This document shows positions 1-12,228 of a stretch of 64,000 nucleotides of DNA, in pieces. The first letter of the stretch is position 1, and every line of letters begins with the position of its first letter. The notes beneath the pieces are model-generated. The model had not been told where the DNA came from. It searched no databases and worked only from the letters and a program-made list of their open reading frames with translations. The translations under genes and the position numbers were made by a program. Origin of the DNA: Chiloscyllium plagiosum (Eukaryota); contig NC_057739.1 in the NCBI RefSeq assembly GCF_004010195.1, forward strand, positions 44,357,486-44,421,485, read 5' to 3'.

Positions 1-829
1 GGGGGGGGGGGGGGGGTTAGGCCGGGAGAGGGGGACGGAGATTGGCGTGGGGGCAGGGTTGGGCGTGGTGACGGAGATCGGCGAAGGGGCGGGGTTAGAC
101 GTGGTGACGGATATCGGTGTAGGGGCGGGGTTAGGCATACTGTCGGAGATCGGCGAAGGGGCAGGGTTAGGCATGGTGACGGAGATCGTCGCGGGGGCGT
201 TGTGGTCGTGTAGGTTAGTAACGTCACTGGGGGCGGAAGTGGCTGCGACGACCACAGAGACAGAGTTATTCCCCATAGCCGCGGAGGTCGCGAATCTGTC
301 GGTAATTGTCTTCATGGCGATCATGGAGGCGGTTGTCTGAGCGGTGATCGCGGAGGCTGCGAGGTCGGTGGGGGCAGAAGTGACGTCATCGTCCGCGGCG
401 GCGGCTATTGTCGCGGGTGCTGTAGCGGGCGCGTGTGTAATGGCGCCAGACTGATTTCGGAGGCCGATGGAAGATTCTGGAACAGTTGAGGAATCCGGAG
501 TGTGGGGGTAAGTACATGAAAGTTTTTGGTACTTACTGTCTTTAATTTACAATATGGCTAGGAAGAACTGTTTGTTTAGTGTATGGATACTTCTGTGGAT
601 GAAGAACAGTAGAGGTCCTTTGCAGGTCTGAGAGAGTGTTGTCCTGAGCTGGGGTCGGGCTAATTGCAGGGAATGTAGGTAGCGGCGCATGGCTGCAAAC
701 GTGGAGCGGAGGATCCAGAGGGAGGTCTGTTGCTGGAGGCTTCGGATTTGTTGTAGGTACTGGTTGTCCTGGTTGGGTCCAAATTTTGTTGGTCGGAACG
801 TAGTCCGGAGTCCGTGCGGGATCAGATAT
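1..829 (-). mobile_element. Penelope-like (Neptune-type) retroelement, decayed N-terminal ORF region
   Basis: Minus ORF 547..843 (YLIPHGLRTTFRP...ILRSTFAAMRRYL...) resembles the N-terminal IPxGL region of vertebrate PLE ORFs. It continues into a Pro/Thr/Ser/Ala-rich segment. The GC/CpG-rich composition is unlike the AT-rich host intron. Confidence 0.55.
11..200. repeat. 36-bp GC-rich tandem repeat, about 5 copies (ggggcggggttagacgtggtgacggagatcggcgaa-like)
   Basis: Directly visible; it produces the 12-aa periodicity of ORF 47..340. Confidence 0.85.
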
Positions 830-1817
830 CTGGTCAGTGCCAATAAGTTGGACCGAAGAGACTGTTTCTATGCTATACATCCCTATGACTCTATGACCTG
901 AAGCTAGTCTCATTATTCAATTAAGTATGATGGGCAGGTGCTCAAAACTGTAGGGCCAATAGAAGGAAGGAAGTTGCTTTCTGAAATGGGCAAAGTTGAA
1001 GGGCCTTCTCTCCAAGTTTTTAAACTTTAAAATAAAGAGTGCCATTAGCAGTTAGGCAAATGAGAGGAAATGCCACCACAGGACAGTCTGCAGCCACAGC
1101 AAAAGTCATAGGGTAGATAGGGAGAAACTTTTCCTTTAGTAGAGGGGTCAATAACCAAAAGATACAGTTTTAAAGTTAGAAGCAGGAGATTTAGAAGGAA
1201 TTTGAAACATTTTCTCACTCCACCAAGAGGGCGGTGGGTTTCTGAAACTCACTGCCTAAAAGTGGTAGACAAGCAGGAGGCTGGAAGAACGCAGCAAACC
1301 AGGCAGCATCAGGAAGTGGAGAAGTCAACATTTCAGGTGTAAGGTCAAAGAGTACAGAAAAATATAGATAGACTGGAGAATTGGGCGGAGAAGTGGCAGA
1401 TGGAGTTCAATCCAGCCATTATGAGGTGATGCATTTTGAGAAGTTTAATTCTACAGTGAATTACACAGTAAATCGAAGAGCCTTGGCAAAAGTTGATGTG
1501 CAGAGAGATCTGGGAGTTCAGGTCCATTGAATCCTGAAGGTTGCTGCACAGGTGGATAGAGTGGTCAAGGAGGCATATGATATGCTTGCCGTCATCAGAC
1601 AGGGTATTGAGTATAAGAGCTGGCACGTCATGTTAAGATTATACACAACATTGGTTCGGTGGCATTTAGAATACTGTGTACAGTTCTGGTCGCCACATTA
1701 CCAAAAGGATGTAGATGCTTTGGAGAGGGTGCAGAGAAGGTTTACGAAAACATTGCCTGGTACGGAAGGAGCTAGTTATGAAGAAAGGTTGAGTAAGTTA
1801 GGTTTGTTTTCTTTAGA

Positions 1818-2038
1818 GTTGAAACTTTATTGCTGGAACAGCACAGCAGGTCAGGCAGCATCCAGGGAACAGGAGATTCGACGTTTCGGGCACAGGCCCT
1901 TCTTCAGGAATTCCTGAAGAAGGGCCTGTGCCCGAAACGTCGAATCTCCTGTTCCCTGGATGCTGCCTGACCTGCTGTGCTGTTCCAGCAATAAAGTTTC
2001 AACTTTGATCTCCAGCATCTGCAGACCTCACTTTCTCC
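1818..2038. mobile_element. Short palindromic Penelope-derived insertion with 14-bp target-site duplication
   Basis: Perfect inverted repeat 1817-2004 centred at 1910/1911. TSD ttgttttctttaga at 1804-1817 and 2039-2052. Confidence 0.85.
1910..1945 (+). ncRNA. Minimal type-I hammerhead ribozyme motif (PLE-associated)
   Basis: attc-CTGAAGA-a-GGGC-ctgt-GCCC-GAAA-cg-TC-gaat: stem I attc/gaat, catalytic core, stem II, palindromic ACGT in place of stem III. A mirror copy lies on the minus strand at 1876-1911. Confidence 0.7.
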
Positions 2039-3614
2039 TTGTTTTCTTTAGAAAAAAGGAGTTTGAGGGGGGTCCTGTTTGAGGTCTACAAAATCATGAA
2101 GGGTATAGACAGGGTAGATAGAGATAAGCTTTTTCCCCAGGGTGAAGGAATCAATAACGAGAGGTCATGCTTTCAAGGCGAGGTGTGAAAAGTTTGAGGG
2201 GGATAGACACGGCAAGTACTTTACACAGAGGGTGGTAGGTGCCTGGAACGCGCTGCCAGCAGAGGTAGTAGAGGCAGGCACAGTAGATTCATTTAAGATG
2301 CGTCTGGACAGATGCATGAGTAGGTGGGGAGCAGAGGGATGCAGACGCTTAGGAATTGGGCGACAGGTGTAGACAGTAGATTTGGATTGGCTCAGGCTTG
2401 GAGGGCTGAAGGGCCTGTTCCTAACCTGTAAATATTCTTTGTTCTTAACCCTTCGTCAGGACTGGGGCTCCAATTTCAAATAACCTCCCTTCCCTTCCCC
2501 CCACCGACTCCCTTCGCAGCCCCTCCCCCTCCCTTCCACTCATCCCAGCCAGCTACCAGATTCATTCCTCCCATTGACCAACCAGGTTGTACCTTCTGCC
2601 TGTCTTCACCTATCCCCACTTCACCACCCACCCCCCGTCACCCCTTTTATCTGCAGCTACCCTTTCACCCACCCCCAGTCCTGAAGAAGGATTACACCCA
2701 AAATGTTGACTTCTCCACCTCCTGATGCTGCCTGGTTTGCTGCTTTCTTCCAGCCTCCTGCTTGTCTATTTTGGATTCCAGCATCTGCAGTTTTTTAGTC
2801 TCTAAAAGGGTGGTAGATGCAAGAATCATCAAAACTTTTAAGTAGTATTTAGATGAGCACTTGAAACAACTTAGCATGGAAAACTATAGGCTAAGCATTG
2901 GAAAATGTGTTTAGTACAGATAAATAACATCTGATAATTGGTGCAGATACAACTAGCCAAAAGGACCTTTTTCTGTGATGTAAAGGAAACTCTATATGTA
3001 CACAGCACAATAGATGTGATACAAATGAAATCAGTTATCTTTACAGATGAGTGCAGAGCCACATTAATGTGGTTGACTCTTAACTGCCCTCTGAAATGGT
3101 CTAAAATGCAATTCGTTCAAGGGCAATTAGGAGTAGACAAATGTTTGCCTTACCAGGGACATCCACATCCCACAAAAAAAAATGTTGTCAAAATAGTTAT
3201 GAACTTAATCTTCAGTAGTAATGGTCTAAACCAAATGAATGGCTCTACGTGATCCATTCCCACAGCTAAAAATCACACAACACCAGGTTATAGTCCAACA
3301 GGCTTAATTGGAAGCACGCTCCTTCATCACAACCACCTGAAAGCTAGTGTTGTATGATTTTTAACTTTGTACACCCCAGTCCAATACCGGCACCTCCAAA
3401 TCATTCCCACAGCAGTATTGTTGGAATTGGAAGTTTAGCCACACAGAATTTAAATTTAAAACCACTCCAAGATCAGCTAAAGAACTTGGAGTCTTCTTTC
3501 CTGCTCTGTAAGACTCAAATATTACAGCAGGAAAGATAAACATACACTTTAATTGAGCATGTAACTACTAATAATTAATAGAGACACAATGTTGGTTATT
3601 TATAGCTATCGTAC

Positions 3615-3724
3615 CTGCCATATGCACAAGCAATGACAGAGCCTGTCACATTCCAGGACACACCAGTAACGTGCAGTTTTCGTTTCTGCGCTTCTGGATA
3701 ATACAGAGTATGCAAACATGAAAC
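3615..3724 (-). CDS. DYNC2I2: DYNC2I2/WDR34 coding exon 2 (start of WD40 region); gene continues left of the window
   Basis: 110-nt exon flanked by ctgtag and gtacg. Translates [36 protein letters not shown](R), matching human WDR34 [37 protein letters not shown]. In phase with exon 15165-15500. Confidence 0.93.
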
Positions 3725-5880
3725 CTACAGCAGGATTTAAACAAAGAAACTTATTAAACAATTATAATGGAACCAGTTACATTCTTGTTTTAGTCGGTAA
3801 ATTAATTTAAATATCAAAGCTTGAAGAATCATGTGGTTTGCAATAATAGGTTGAGAGAGTGTGGATTTCAAACACAATATTCAATAACTAATCGCTAAAT
3901 TTAATGGGCACAGAGATAGAAAATACATAGCACACCTCAACATGGAATATTCATGTCTGTCATTCAACTCTATCCAAGCTGCCTTATTTTTTGTTATTCT
4001 ATCAAATTGCTTTTCGACTAAGTCTCTTGCAAGTCATTGTATTGAATATCTTCTGAAAATCCATACAGGTTACATCTACACATACCTGGCAATTTCTTTG
4101 AGGACCATTAAAATCAGTCCAGCTTTATCTGTTAATAAAATGTCTCCTGGCCATTCTTGGTTTGTAAAAGTCAATATAAAGTATTAATGACATATGTCAT
4201 TTACAATAGAAGCATGTTAAGACAGGGTTTTAATTTGCCTCAATGAACATGGAGATAATTATGGAGTTGTACTTTACTTCTAGTTAACCAAGGACCATAG
4301 CTCTGGTTAAGTTTTTTCATATTTGATATTCCCTCAGAATTTCTATATTAGAAGTATGTGTCAAAGTTACATAGGAAATGTATGAAGAGACTTCCTTTGA
4401 ATTGATGATTAATTCATCTGCCAAATCCAGGTAATAATTATTTAGCACTGGAAACAGACCTTTCTTTAAAAAAAACAAGAACCTCAATTTTAAACACCTC
4501 TATCAAATCTTCTTTTAAACCTTCCCTGCTACAAGTAGAATGATCCCTGCTCCTCCACATTTCTCACACCACTGAAATAGCTTATCTGTAGTACTAATTC
4601 TGGTAAATTCTCCTCTACACCCTCCTCAAGGCCTCAACATCCTTTCTGTGTAGTGCACAGAACTGAATTGGGTCTCCCTCAGAGACCTACCCAGTGATTT
4701 AGAAAAGCTTAATTTCCAAATGGAAACAATTTGCATTTTCTACTCTTTGAACAGGCTTTCCTTTTGCAAAGAAAGAACTACCTCAATTTTAATACGCAAA
4801 TATGGTACACCGCTGACCCAAAGAATCCCATACCCTCCCAAAGATATCCTGTCATGGACATGGGTTTTTTTTGCTATCTGCAGACTAAATTAAATCCTAG
4901 GATTCTAAAGTACAGGGGAAAAAAAACTCCCATACATGTAATACAATTCAACTTTCCATTTCATTCTCCCCAATGTCCTAATAAATAATAATCCATCAAT
5001 AAGCATTAAAAAGCCTCGATGATCTAGTAATTACGATAATGTTGGTTTTAGGACGTTTGGGACACACACCAACTGCCAATTTCCTCCAATTCAACAATAA
5101 CTACATTTCAAACCAACTCACTGGTTACAAAACACAGACATCCTGAAATTGTAAAAGGCACTATATAAATGTAAACTTTTTTAAATCAACTCACTAGAAA
5201 CATCAACAGGAACACAAGTGACCAGAATTTGTTTTGTTCTAAACAAATCCAACTAGAATAAACATAATGAAGCTTCAAGCATAAATGAACAAAGCATTGA
5301 AACCTTACGGTCAAAATTATGGAGATCTTGATTTCAATAAATCCCAAATCAACTTAAATGGCAGGCATGACAAAAGGAAACTTGCACTGCTTTGCACAAA
5401 CTACTATAGGACAAGACTAGGGTGATGGAGTGATGCCTCAGTCACATAGTTGGCAGGGGTTACAAATATATTTGTAACTGTCTGGTCTTTCTTTACGACT
5501 GCCAAAACTTAAAACAGTTCATGGAAATAAACTGCAGAATGCAATGCATAGGCATACCTGCTTTGAGAGATTTGGCAGAGGCCACTGTATGTGGATTTGA
5601 TACCCTGGAAGCATATCAACATGGGAAAACATGCACTTTTTTGATTTGATTCAATTGCTATCTAATATTACCTAAGGAATGCAATAACTCGCAAATTGAT
5701 TTTATAAAGTTAATTATAGGTTGAGTAGAAACTAAATTACAGTATAGCCCAATATTACCTTTGCACAGCTGCACTATCAGGCAAGAATTGAAAGTACTTT
5801 AGTTAATACTAGCAGACCTCACGTGGCATTGCTCACTGTTAGTCACAGTGTACAATGAAGTACAGAAGAGGAAACTGACT

Positions 5881-8232
5881 TAGAGTCATAGAATCAGAGA
5901 TGTACAGCATGGAAACAGACCCTTCGGTCCAACCCGCCCATGCCGACCAGATATCCCAATCTAGTCCCACCTGCCAGCACCCAGCCCATATCCCTCCAAA
6001 CCCCTCCTATTTATATATCCATCCAAATATCTCTTAAATGTTGCAATTATACCAGCCTCCACCACTTCCTCTGGCAGCTCATTCCATACATGTCCCACCT
6101 TCTGCGTGAAAAATTTGCCCCTTTGGTCTCTTTTATATCTTTCCCCTCTCACCCTAAACCTATGCCCTCTAGTTCTGGACTCCCCGACCCCAGGGAAAAA
6201 ACTTTGTCTATTTAACCTATCCATGCCCCTCATAATTTTGTAAACCTCTATAAGGTCACCGCTTAGCCTCTGACGCTCCAGGGAAAACAGCCCCAGCCTG
6301 TCCAGCCTCTCCCGATAGCTCAAATCCTCCAACCCTGGCAACACCCTTGTAAATCTTTTCTGAACCCTTTCAAGTTTCACAACATCTTGCCGATAGGAAG
6401 GAGACCAGAATTGCACGCAATATTCCAACAGTGGCCTAACCAATGTCCTGTACAGCCGCAACATGACCTCCCCAACTCCTGTACTCAATATTCTGACCAA
6501 TAAATGAAAGCATACCAAACGCCTTCTTCACTATCGTATCTACCTGCGACTTCACTTTCAAGGAGCTATGAACCTGCACTCCAAGGTCTCTTTGTTCAGT
6601 AAATCCCTAGGACCTTACCATTAAGTGTATAAGTCCTGCTATGATTTGCTTTCTCAAAATGCAGCACTTGTCATTTATCTGAATTAAATTCCATCTGCCA
6701 CGCCTCAGCCCATTGGCCCATATGGTCAAGATCCTGTTGTAATCTGAGGTAACCCTCTTCGCTGTCCACTACACCTCAAATTTTGGTATCATCTGCAAAT
6801 TTACTAACTGTACCTCTTATGCTCGCATCCAAATCATTTATGTAAATGTCAAAAAGTAGAGGTACCAGCACCAATCCTTGTGGCACTCCACTGATCACAG
6901 GCCTCCAGTCTGAAAAACTACCCTCCACCACCACCCTCTGTCTTCCACCTTTGAGCCAGTTCTGTATCCAAATGGCTAGTCCTCTCTGTATTCTGAGAGA
7001 TCTAACCTTGCTAATCAATCTCCCATGGGGAACCTTGTCAAACGCTTTACTGAAATCCATATAGATCACATCTACTGCTCTGCCCTCATCAATCCTCTTT
7101 GTTACTTCCTCAAAAAACTCAATCAAGTTTGTGAGACATGATTTCCCACGCACAAAGCATGTTGACTATCCCTAATCAGTCCTTGCCTTTCCAAATATAT
7201 GCATATCCTGTTCCTCAGGATTCTCTCCAACAACTTGCCCACCACCGATGTCAGGCTCCCTGGTCTATAGTTCCCTGGCTTGTCCTTACCACTCTGCTTA
7301 AACAGTGGCACCACGTTAGCCAACCTCCAGTCTTCACCTCACCTGTGACTATCAATGATACAAATATCTCAGCAAGAGGCCCAGCAATCACTTCTCTAGC
7401 TTCCCACAGAGTTCTAGGGTACACCTGATCCAGTCCTGGGGATATATCTATCCACCTTTATGCGTTTCAAGACATCCAGCACTTCCTCCTCTGTAATTTG
7501 GACATTTTGCAAGGTGTCACTATCTATTTCCCTACAGTCTATATCTTCCACATCCTTTCCACAGTAAATACTGATGCAAAATACTCGTTTAGTATCTCCC
7601 CCATTTTCTGCGGCTCCACACAAAGGCCGCCTTGCTGATCTTTAAGGGGCCCTATTTTCTCCCTAGTTACCCTTTTGTCCTTAACGTATTTGTAAAAACC
7701 CTTTGGATTCTCCTTAATTCTGTTTGCCAACGCTATCTCATGTCCCCGTTTTGCCCTCCTGGTTTCCCTCTTAAATATACTCCTACTGGCTTTATACTCT
7801 TCGAAGGATTCACTCAATCTATCCTGTCTATACTTAACATATGCTTCCTTCTTTTTCTTAACCAAACCCTCAATTTCTTTAGTCATCCAGCATTCCCTAT
7901 ACCTACCAGCCTTTCCTTTCGTCCTAACAGGAATATACTTTCTCTGCATTCTCATTATCTAATTTCTGAAGGCTTCCCAGTTTCCAGCCGTCCCTTTACC
8001 TGCAAACATCTGCCCCAATCAGCTTTCGAAAGTTCTTGCCTAATACCATCAAAATTGGCCTTTCTCCAATTTAGAACTTCAACTTTTAGATCTGGTCTAT
8101 CCTTTTCCATCACTATTTTAAATCCAATAGAATTATGGTCGCTGGCCCCAAAGTGCTCTCCCACTGACACCTCAGTCACCTGCCCTACCTTATTTCCCAA
8201 GAGTAGGTCAAGTTTTGCACTTTCTCTAGTCG
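5881..8232 (-). mobile_element. CR1/HER1-like LINE, about 2.3 kb of ORF2 with frameshifts
   Basis: ORFs carry LDLLLGN...SDHN (endonuclease end), NYRPGSLTSVVGKLLE, DFSKAFDKVPH, SGVPQG, FADDTK and LEYCVQFWSP. The 3' tail (ctatgactcta) is at the left end. Confidence 0.95.
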
Positions 8233-8761
8233 GACTTGAATTAATACGGTATAATGTCACATCCAGAGGTCTTCAGAATTAAATTTTGTTTTATAATGTA
8301 GATAAATTAAAACAAACAGTCAGTCAATCTTCAAACAATTAGATCCCACAAGCAACAACAGAGACAAATTTCCAGTTGGAGGGAAAATGTCAACTATGAC
8401 ATTGGAGGGTATTAAGATTTGCAACAATACAAAGGAGGAACTGGGACATGTCAGAATTGGGAGAGAGAATGTGTGGTTTGTCTCACTACGAGATTTGTAT
8501 AGTCTGCCAACAATATTAATTGGAAAGGAAACACGTCTGATTATATTTGGTGTGAGAAATATAAGGCCAGGAGTATTTATTTGTCAGTTTCCAAGCCATT
8601 TCTAATTAACACATTAAGATATTTCTCTTTTTGCCTTCCATGAAGCATCAAGGGATTCTTCCTATATAAAGATGCTATATAAATGCAAGTACAGAATTGT
8701 TATTGCAAGTTTTGCAAATCATTTCCTGCAAAACTGGTTAATAGTACGCAATTTCAGCACA

Positions 8762-9070
8762 GGGCAGAATGGTGGCTGTGGTTAGCACGGCTGCCTCACA
8801 GCGCCAGGGACCTGGGTTTAATTCCACCTTCTTCATTCTCCCCATGTCTGCGTGGGTTTCCTCCGGGTGCTCTGGTTTCCTCTCGCAGTCCAAAAATGTG
8901 CAGGTTAGGTGGATTGGTAATGCTAAAACTGCCCACAGTGTCCAAGAATATGTAGGTTAGGTGGATTAACCATGGGGAACATGGGATACAGAGATGGTGT
9001 GCTTTTCAGAGGGTCGATGTGGACATGCTGGGATAAACGACCTGCTTCCACACTATAAGGGAGTCTAAGA
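8762..9070 (+). mobile_element. HE1-like tRNA-derived V-SINE
   Basis: tRNA-like head (ggtggc..tggttagcac..gcctcacagcgccaggga) followed by the V-core tgcgtgggtttcctccgggtgctctggtttcc. Confidence 0.85.
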
Positions 9071-9374
9071 TTCAATGCTTTCCCCATGGGATTTGCACTC
9101 AAACGTGCCGAATGGATGATCCATCTTGGCCTCCTGTTAAAATTCCCAAATATTTCAGCTGAGTCACCCCACTCTGTGGGATATCATAATATGCCTGAAT
9201 GCATCATAGGCTTTTCACATAGGCCCTGACATCTCTGCCACAATAATATTGAAAACTTGTGCTTCAAACCTAGACCCACACCTAGCCAAGTAATTCTAGG
9301 CCAGCTACATGACTGGCATCAACCTCACAATTTGTCCAGATATGTCCACAAAAAGCAGGATAAGAGGCTCAGGA

Positions 9375-9833
9375 TTTATCAGGATATTGTCAGGTATGGA
9401 AGGTTTGAGTTATAAAGAAAGGCTGGATAGGCTGGGACTTTTCTCACTGGAGCATACGAGGTTAAGAGGTGACCGTATCGAAGTTAACAAAATCATGACA
9501 GGTACAGATAGGGAAAAGACATCTACCATTAACCCTAGGATGGGGGATTTCAAGACGAGGTGACATACTTTTAAAGGTGAGAGGAGAGAGATTTTAAAAA
9601 GACAGGCGGGGCAAATTGTTTTAAACAGGAGTTCTCTGTGGAATGAACGAGGAAGTGATGGATGCGGGCACAGTTACAATGTTTAAAAGATACTTAGATA
9701 AGTACATGAATAGGAAAGGCTTGGAGGAATATGGGGCCAGGAGCAGACAGGTTGGACTAGTTTAGTTTGGAATTATGTTTGGCATGGACTGTTTGGATTG
9801 AAGGGTCTGTTTTGACGCCGTATGACTCTATGA
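9375..9833 (+). mobile_element. CR1 LINE 3' fragment
   Basis: GLSYKERLDRLGLFSLE..RLRGD in ORF 9309..9563, ending in a tatgactctatga tail. Confidence 0.85.
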
Positions 9834-9834
9834 C

Positions 9835-12090
9835 AAATCCAATCCCTCAATTACTGCTCCACCAGACTATTCTCAATCATCAACAACGTGATGGAAGGTG
9901 TAACAGTGTTATTAAGCAGCACTTAGTCAAACATAATCTGCATACTAATGTTCAATCTGGACTCTACGAAGGCTGAACTACTGACCTCATTACACCATTA
10001 CTCTAAACATGGACCAAAGAGCCAAACTCAACAGGATTGGCCTTTGACATCAAAGTAACATTTAACAGAGTGTGGCAAAAAAGAACTCTTGCAAAAATGG
10101 CCTCGATTGGAATCAGCGGGAAAGTACTTCACTTGTTCAGGCATGCCTAGCACAGGGAAGATGGGTGCAGTTGTTGAAGGCCAATCATTTCAATCCCAGG
10201 ACATCTTTAAAAGTATGCACCCTAAAGAATACCTATAATTAACCTACTCAGATATGTTATGACAAGTAGGACTTGAAACCAGGCCTCCTAGCCTACAGGT
10301 AGGGACACACTATTACTGCACTACAAAATACCTCTCTTCCTTAGGGTAGATATTTTCGAACCAACTTGTTCAAAGATATTGTTATACACCTCTGGGGCAG
10401 GCAGTACTTGAATTCAGGCCTCTTGACCCAGAGGTAAGGGCACCACAGCAGCCATGTTCCTTAGAGTAGAGTCCTAAACCCAACCATCTATAGCTGCTTC
10501 ATCAATGACTTTCCCTCATCGGGACATTTGCTGATGATTGCACCATATTCAGAGCCATTTGCAAATCCTCAGATACTGAAGCAAGATGTCCAACCAAGGC
10601 TGGACAATATTCAGGCTTGGACTAAAGAATGGCAAAATAACATCTGTGCCACACAAGTGCCACATCAAGACCATGTTCAATGGGAGAAAATGCAAGAAAC
10701 TCCCCTTAACATTTAATGGCATACTCTGCCTAAATTCTGCACTGTCAACAACTTGACCAGCCATGTAAATATTGTGATACAACAGCAGGTCACAACTGAG
10801 AATATTTTGGCTATTAACTTATCTCCCTACTTCCCAAAGCCAGTTTATAAGGCACAAGTCAAGACTGTGGCTCTCTTCTTTCCTGAATGAGTGCAGCTTA
10901 CCAACATTGAACAGGCTTGACCATGTCCAGGGCAAAATAGCCTGCTTGATTGGCATGGCACCAATGGCATGAGAACTATAATTGAGAACTCACAAGAGAC
11001 AGAGTATCTCAAAGTTGTAGGGTTGAAAGGGATTACACAAGGCAAAAAGGTATTTGGAAAAAAAGCATGGGAGTTTTAAAATCAAGATGTTGCCTGACTA
11101 GAGGGCATGATCACAGGAATGAATAGGAACACAGACTTGCAAAGTTACAGATGTAGAATGTGAGAGAACAGCCAAGAATATTTAATAGTCCAATCTAGGG
11201 ATCCTTGAATGAGCAGATGTTCTGAAAATGGGGAAATTCAAGCAGTGTTATGGAAGTGGGAATAGTCTTGGTGAATGTACAAATAAGATCGGAAGTTCAT
11301 CTTAGAATTGAACATGACGCCGAAATGTATAGAGAAGCTACTGCAAGTGATTCTCCAGCTGTGATTAGATAGATAAGGATGGAACTAAATGAGTAGTTCC
11401 CCAATCAGCCAGATGATAGTTGAGAGGCATTGGAGAAGGATGGTGTGATCAACTATTTCAAAGACAGGTTGAGAAGGATGAACATAGTCACAGAATACCA
11501 GTTGTGATTTTGGCAAAAGGTGATTCAGTACTATGGTAGGGGCAGAAAACCAATTAGAAAGGGTTCAAATTCAAACATGGGATTCAGGAAAGATGGAACC
11601 AGACCTGGGAGGTAACAACACATTAAAGATCAAGGAAAGGAAAGTTGGAGACGGATGGTGCTTTGCAAGAACAGAAAGAGCAAAGATTGTCTTTAAAAGA
11701 ATGGGAATATGGCAATGGCTTTACTGGAAAGGGAGACAAAACCTGAAGATAACCATTTCAATTTTATTTAACATGGGGGCTTGGAGTGAGTGGATTTGTT
11801 TTCAGCATTTCAGTTGAATTGGACAGAGGGAAAGGAAGTGGGTCTCATGGACAGAAGAGGTCAGAGAGGACATGATAGGAGATTAGAAGAAATTTAAGAG
11901 AATGATGAAAGTTGAGGAGGACAGGGATGAACATTAAAGGAACGTTAGCCAAGTGAGCTAGTGGAGGGGAGAAATAGCAGAAAACGTTGATTGGATTGTC
12001 TCAATTTACATAAACTGCTCGCACTTTTTGAAGGTGAGGAAGGAGAGGACAATGGAGAAGGATCGAAGATGACCTTTTCTCATCTGGAAA
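9835..12090. mobile_element. Heavily decayed LINE (CR1/L2-like) fragments mixed with small SINE heads
   Basis: Remnant RT-like phrases (gcctttgacatcaaag, agctgcttcatcaatgac, tttgctgatgattgcac) and a purine-rich minus-strand L2-like tract. Boundaries are approximate. Confidence 0.45.
10242..10450 (-). repeat. Two tandem copies of a short tRNA-like SINE head
   Basis: Both copies contain (c/t)ca(g/a)a(g)atat..tat...acttgaa..caggcctc...aggta.gg..ac; the same unit recurs at 29590-29897. Confidence 0.55.
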
Positions 12091-12138
12091 CAAAGTCAGC
12101 AGTTGCAATTGCATTCCAGGATAATCCTGATATAGTGA

Positions 12139-12228
12139 AGCTCCTTGGATGCTGCCTGAACTGCTGTGCTCTTCCAGCACCACTAATCCAGAATCTGGTT
12201 TCCAGCATCTGCAGTCATTGTTTTTACC
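12139..12228 (+). mobile_element. 90-bp 5'-truncated Penelope 3' tail with 17-bp TSD
   Basis: TSD taatcctgatatagtga at 12122-12138 and 12229-12245. The insert is nearly identical to 30619-30708. Confidence 0.85.

Larger units (their letters stand above)
1343..2446 (+). mobile_element. CR1-clade LINE, 3' fragment
   Basis: ORF 1552..1917 LYTTLVRWHLEYCVQFWSPHYQKDVDALERVQRRFTK and ORF 2142..2372 TRGH...FTQRVVGAWNALP are typical CR1 ORF2 C-terminus; the 3' tail gaagggcctgttc is present. Confidence 0.9.
1264..2801. mobile_element. Fold-back Penelope-derived element, interrupted by a CR1
   Basis: 1264-1342 is the reverse complement of about 2690-2769. It has a 3' tail ccagcatctgcag and imperfect flanking duplications ctaaaagtggtaga (about 1256) and ctaaaagggtggtaga (about 2802). 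Confidence 0.7.

Noticed and set aside
47-340. 97-aa repetitive ORF on the plus strand
   Set aside because: Antisense read of a 36-bp tandem repeat within a retroelement; no independent gene signals.
5881-8232. Active autonomous LINE
   Set aside because: 5'-truncated and broken into several frames; every RT/endonuclease-bearing copy in the window is defective.
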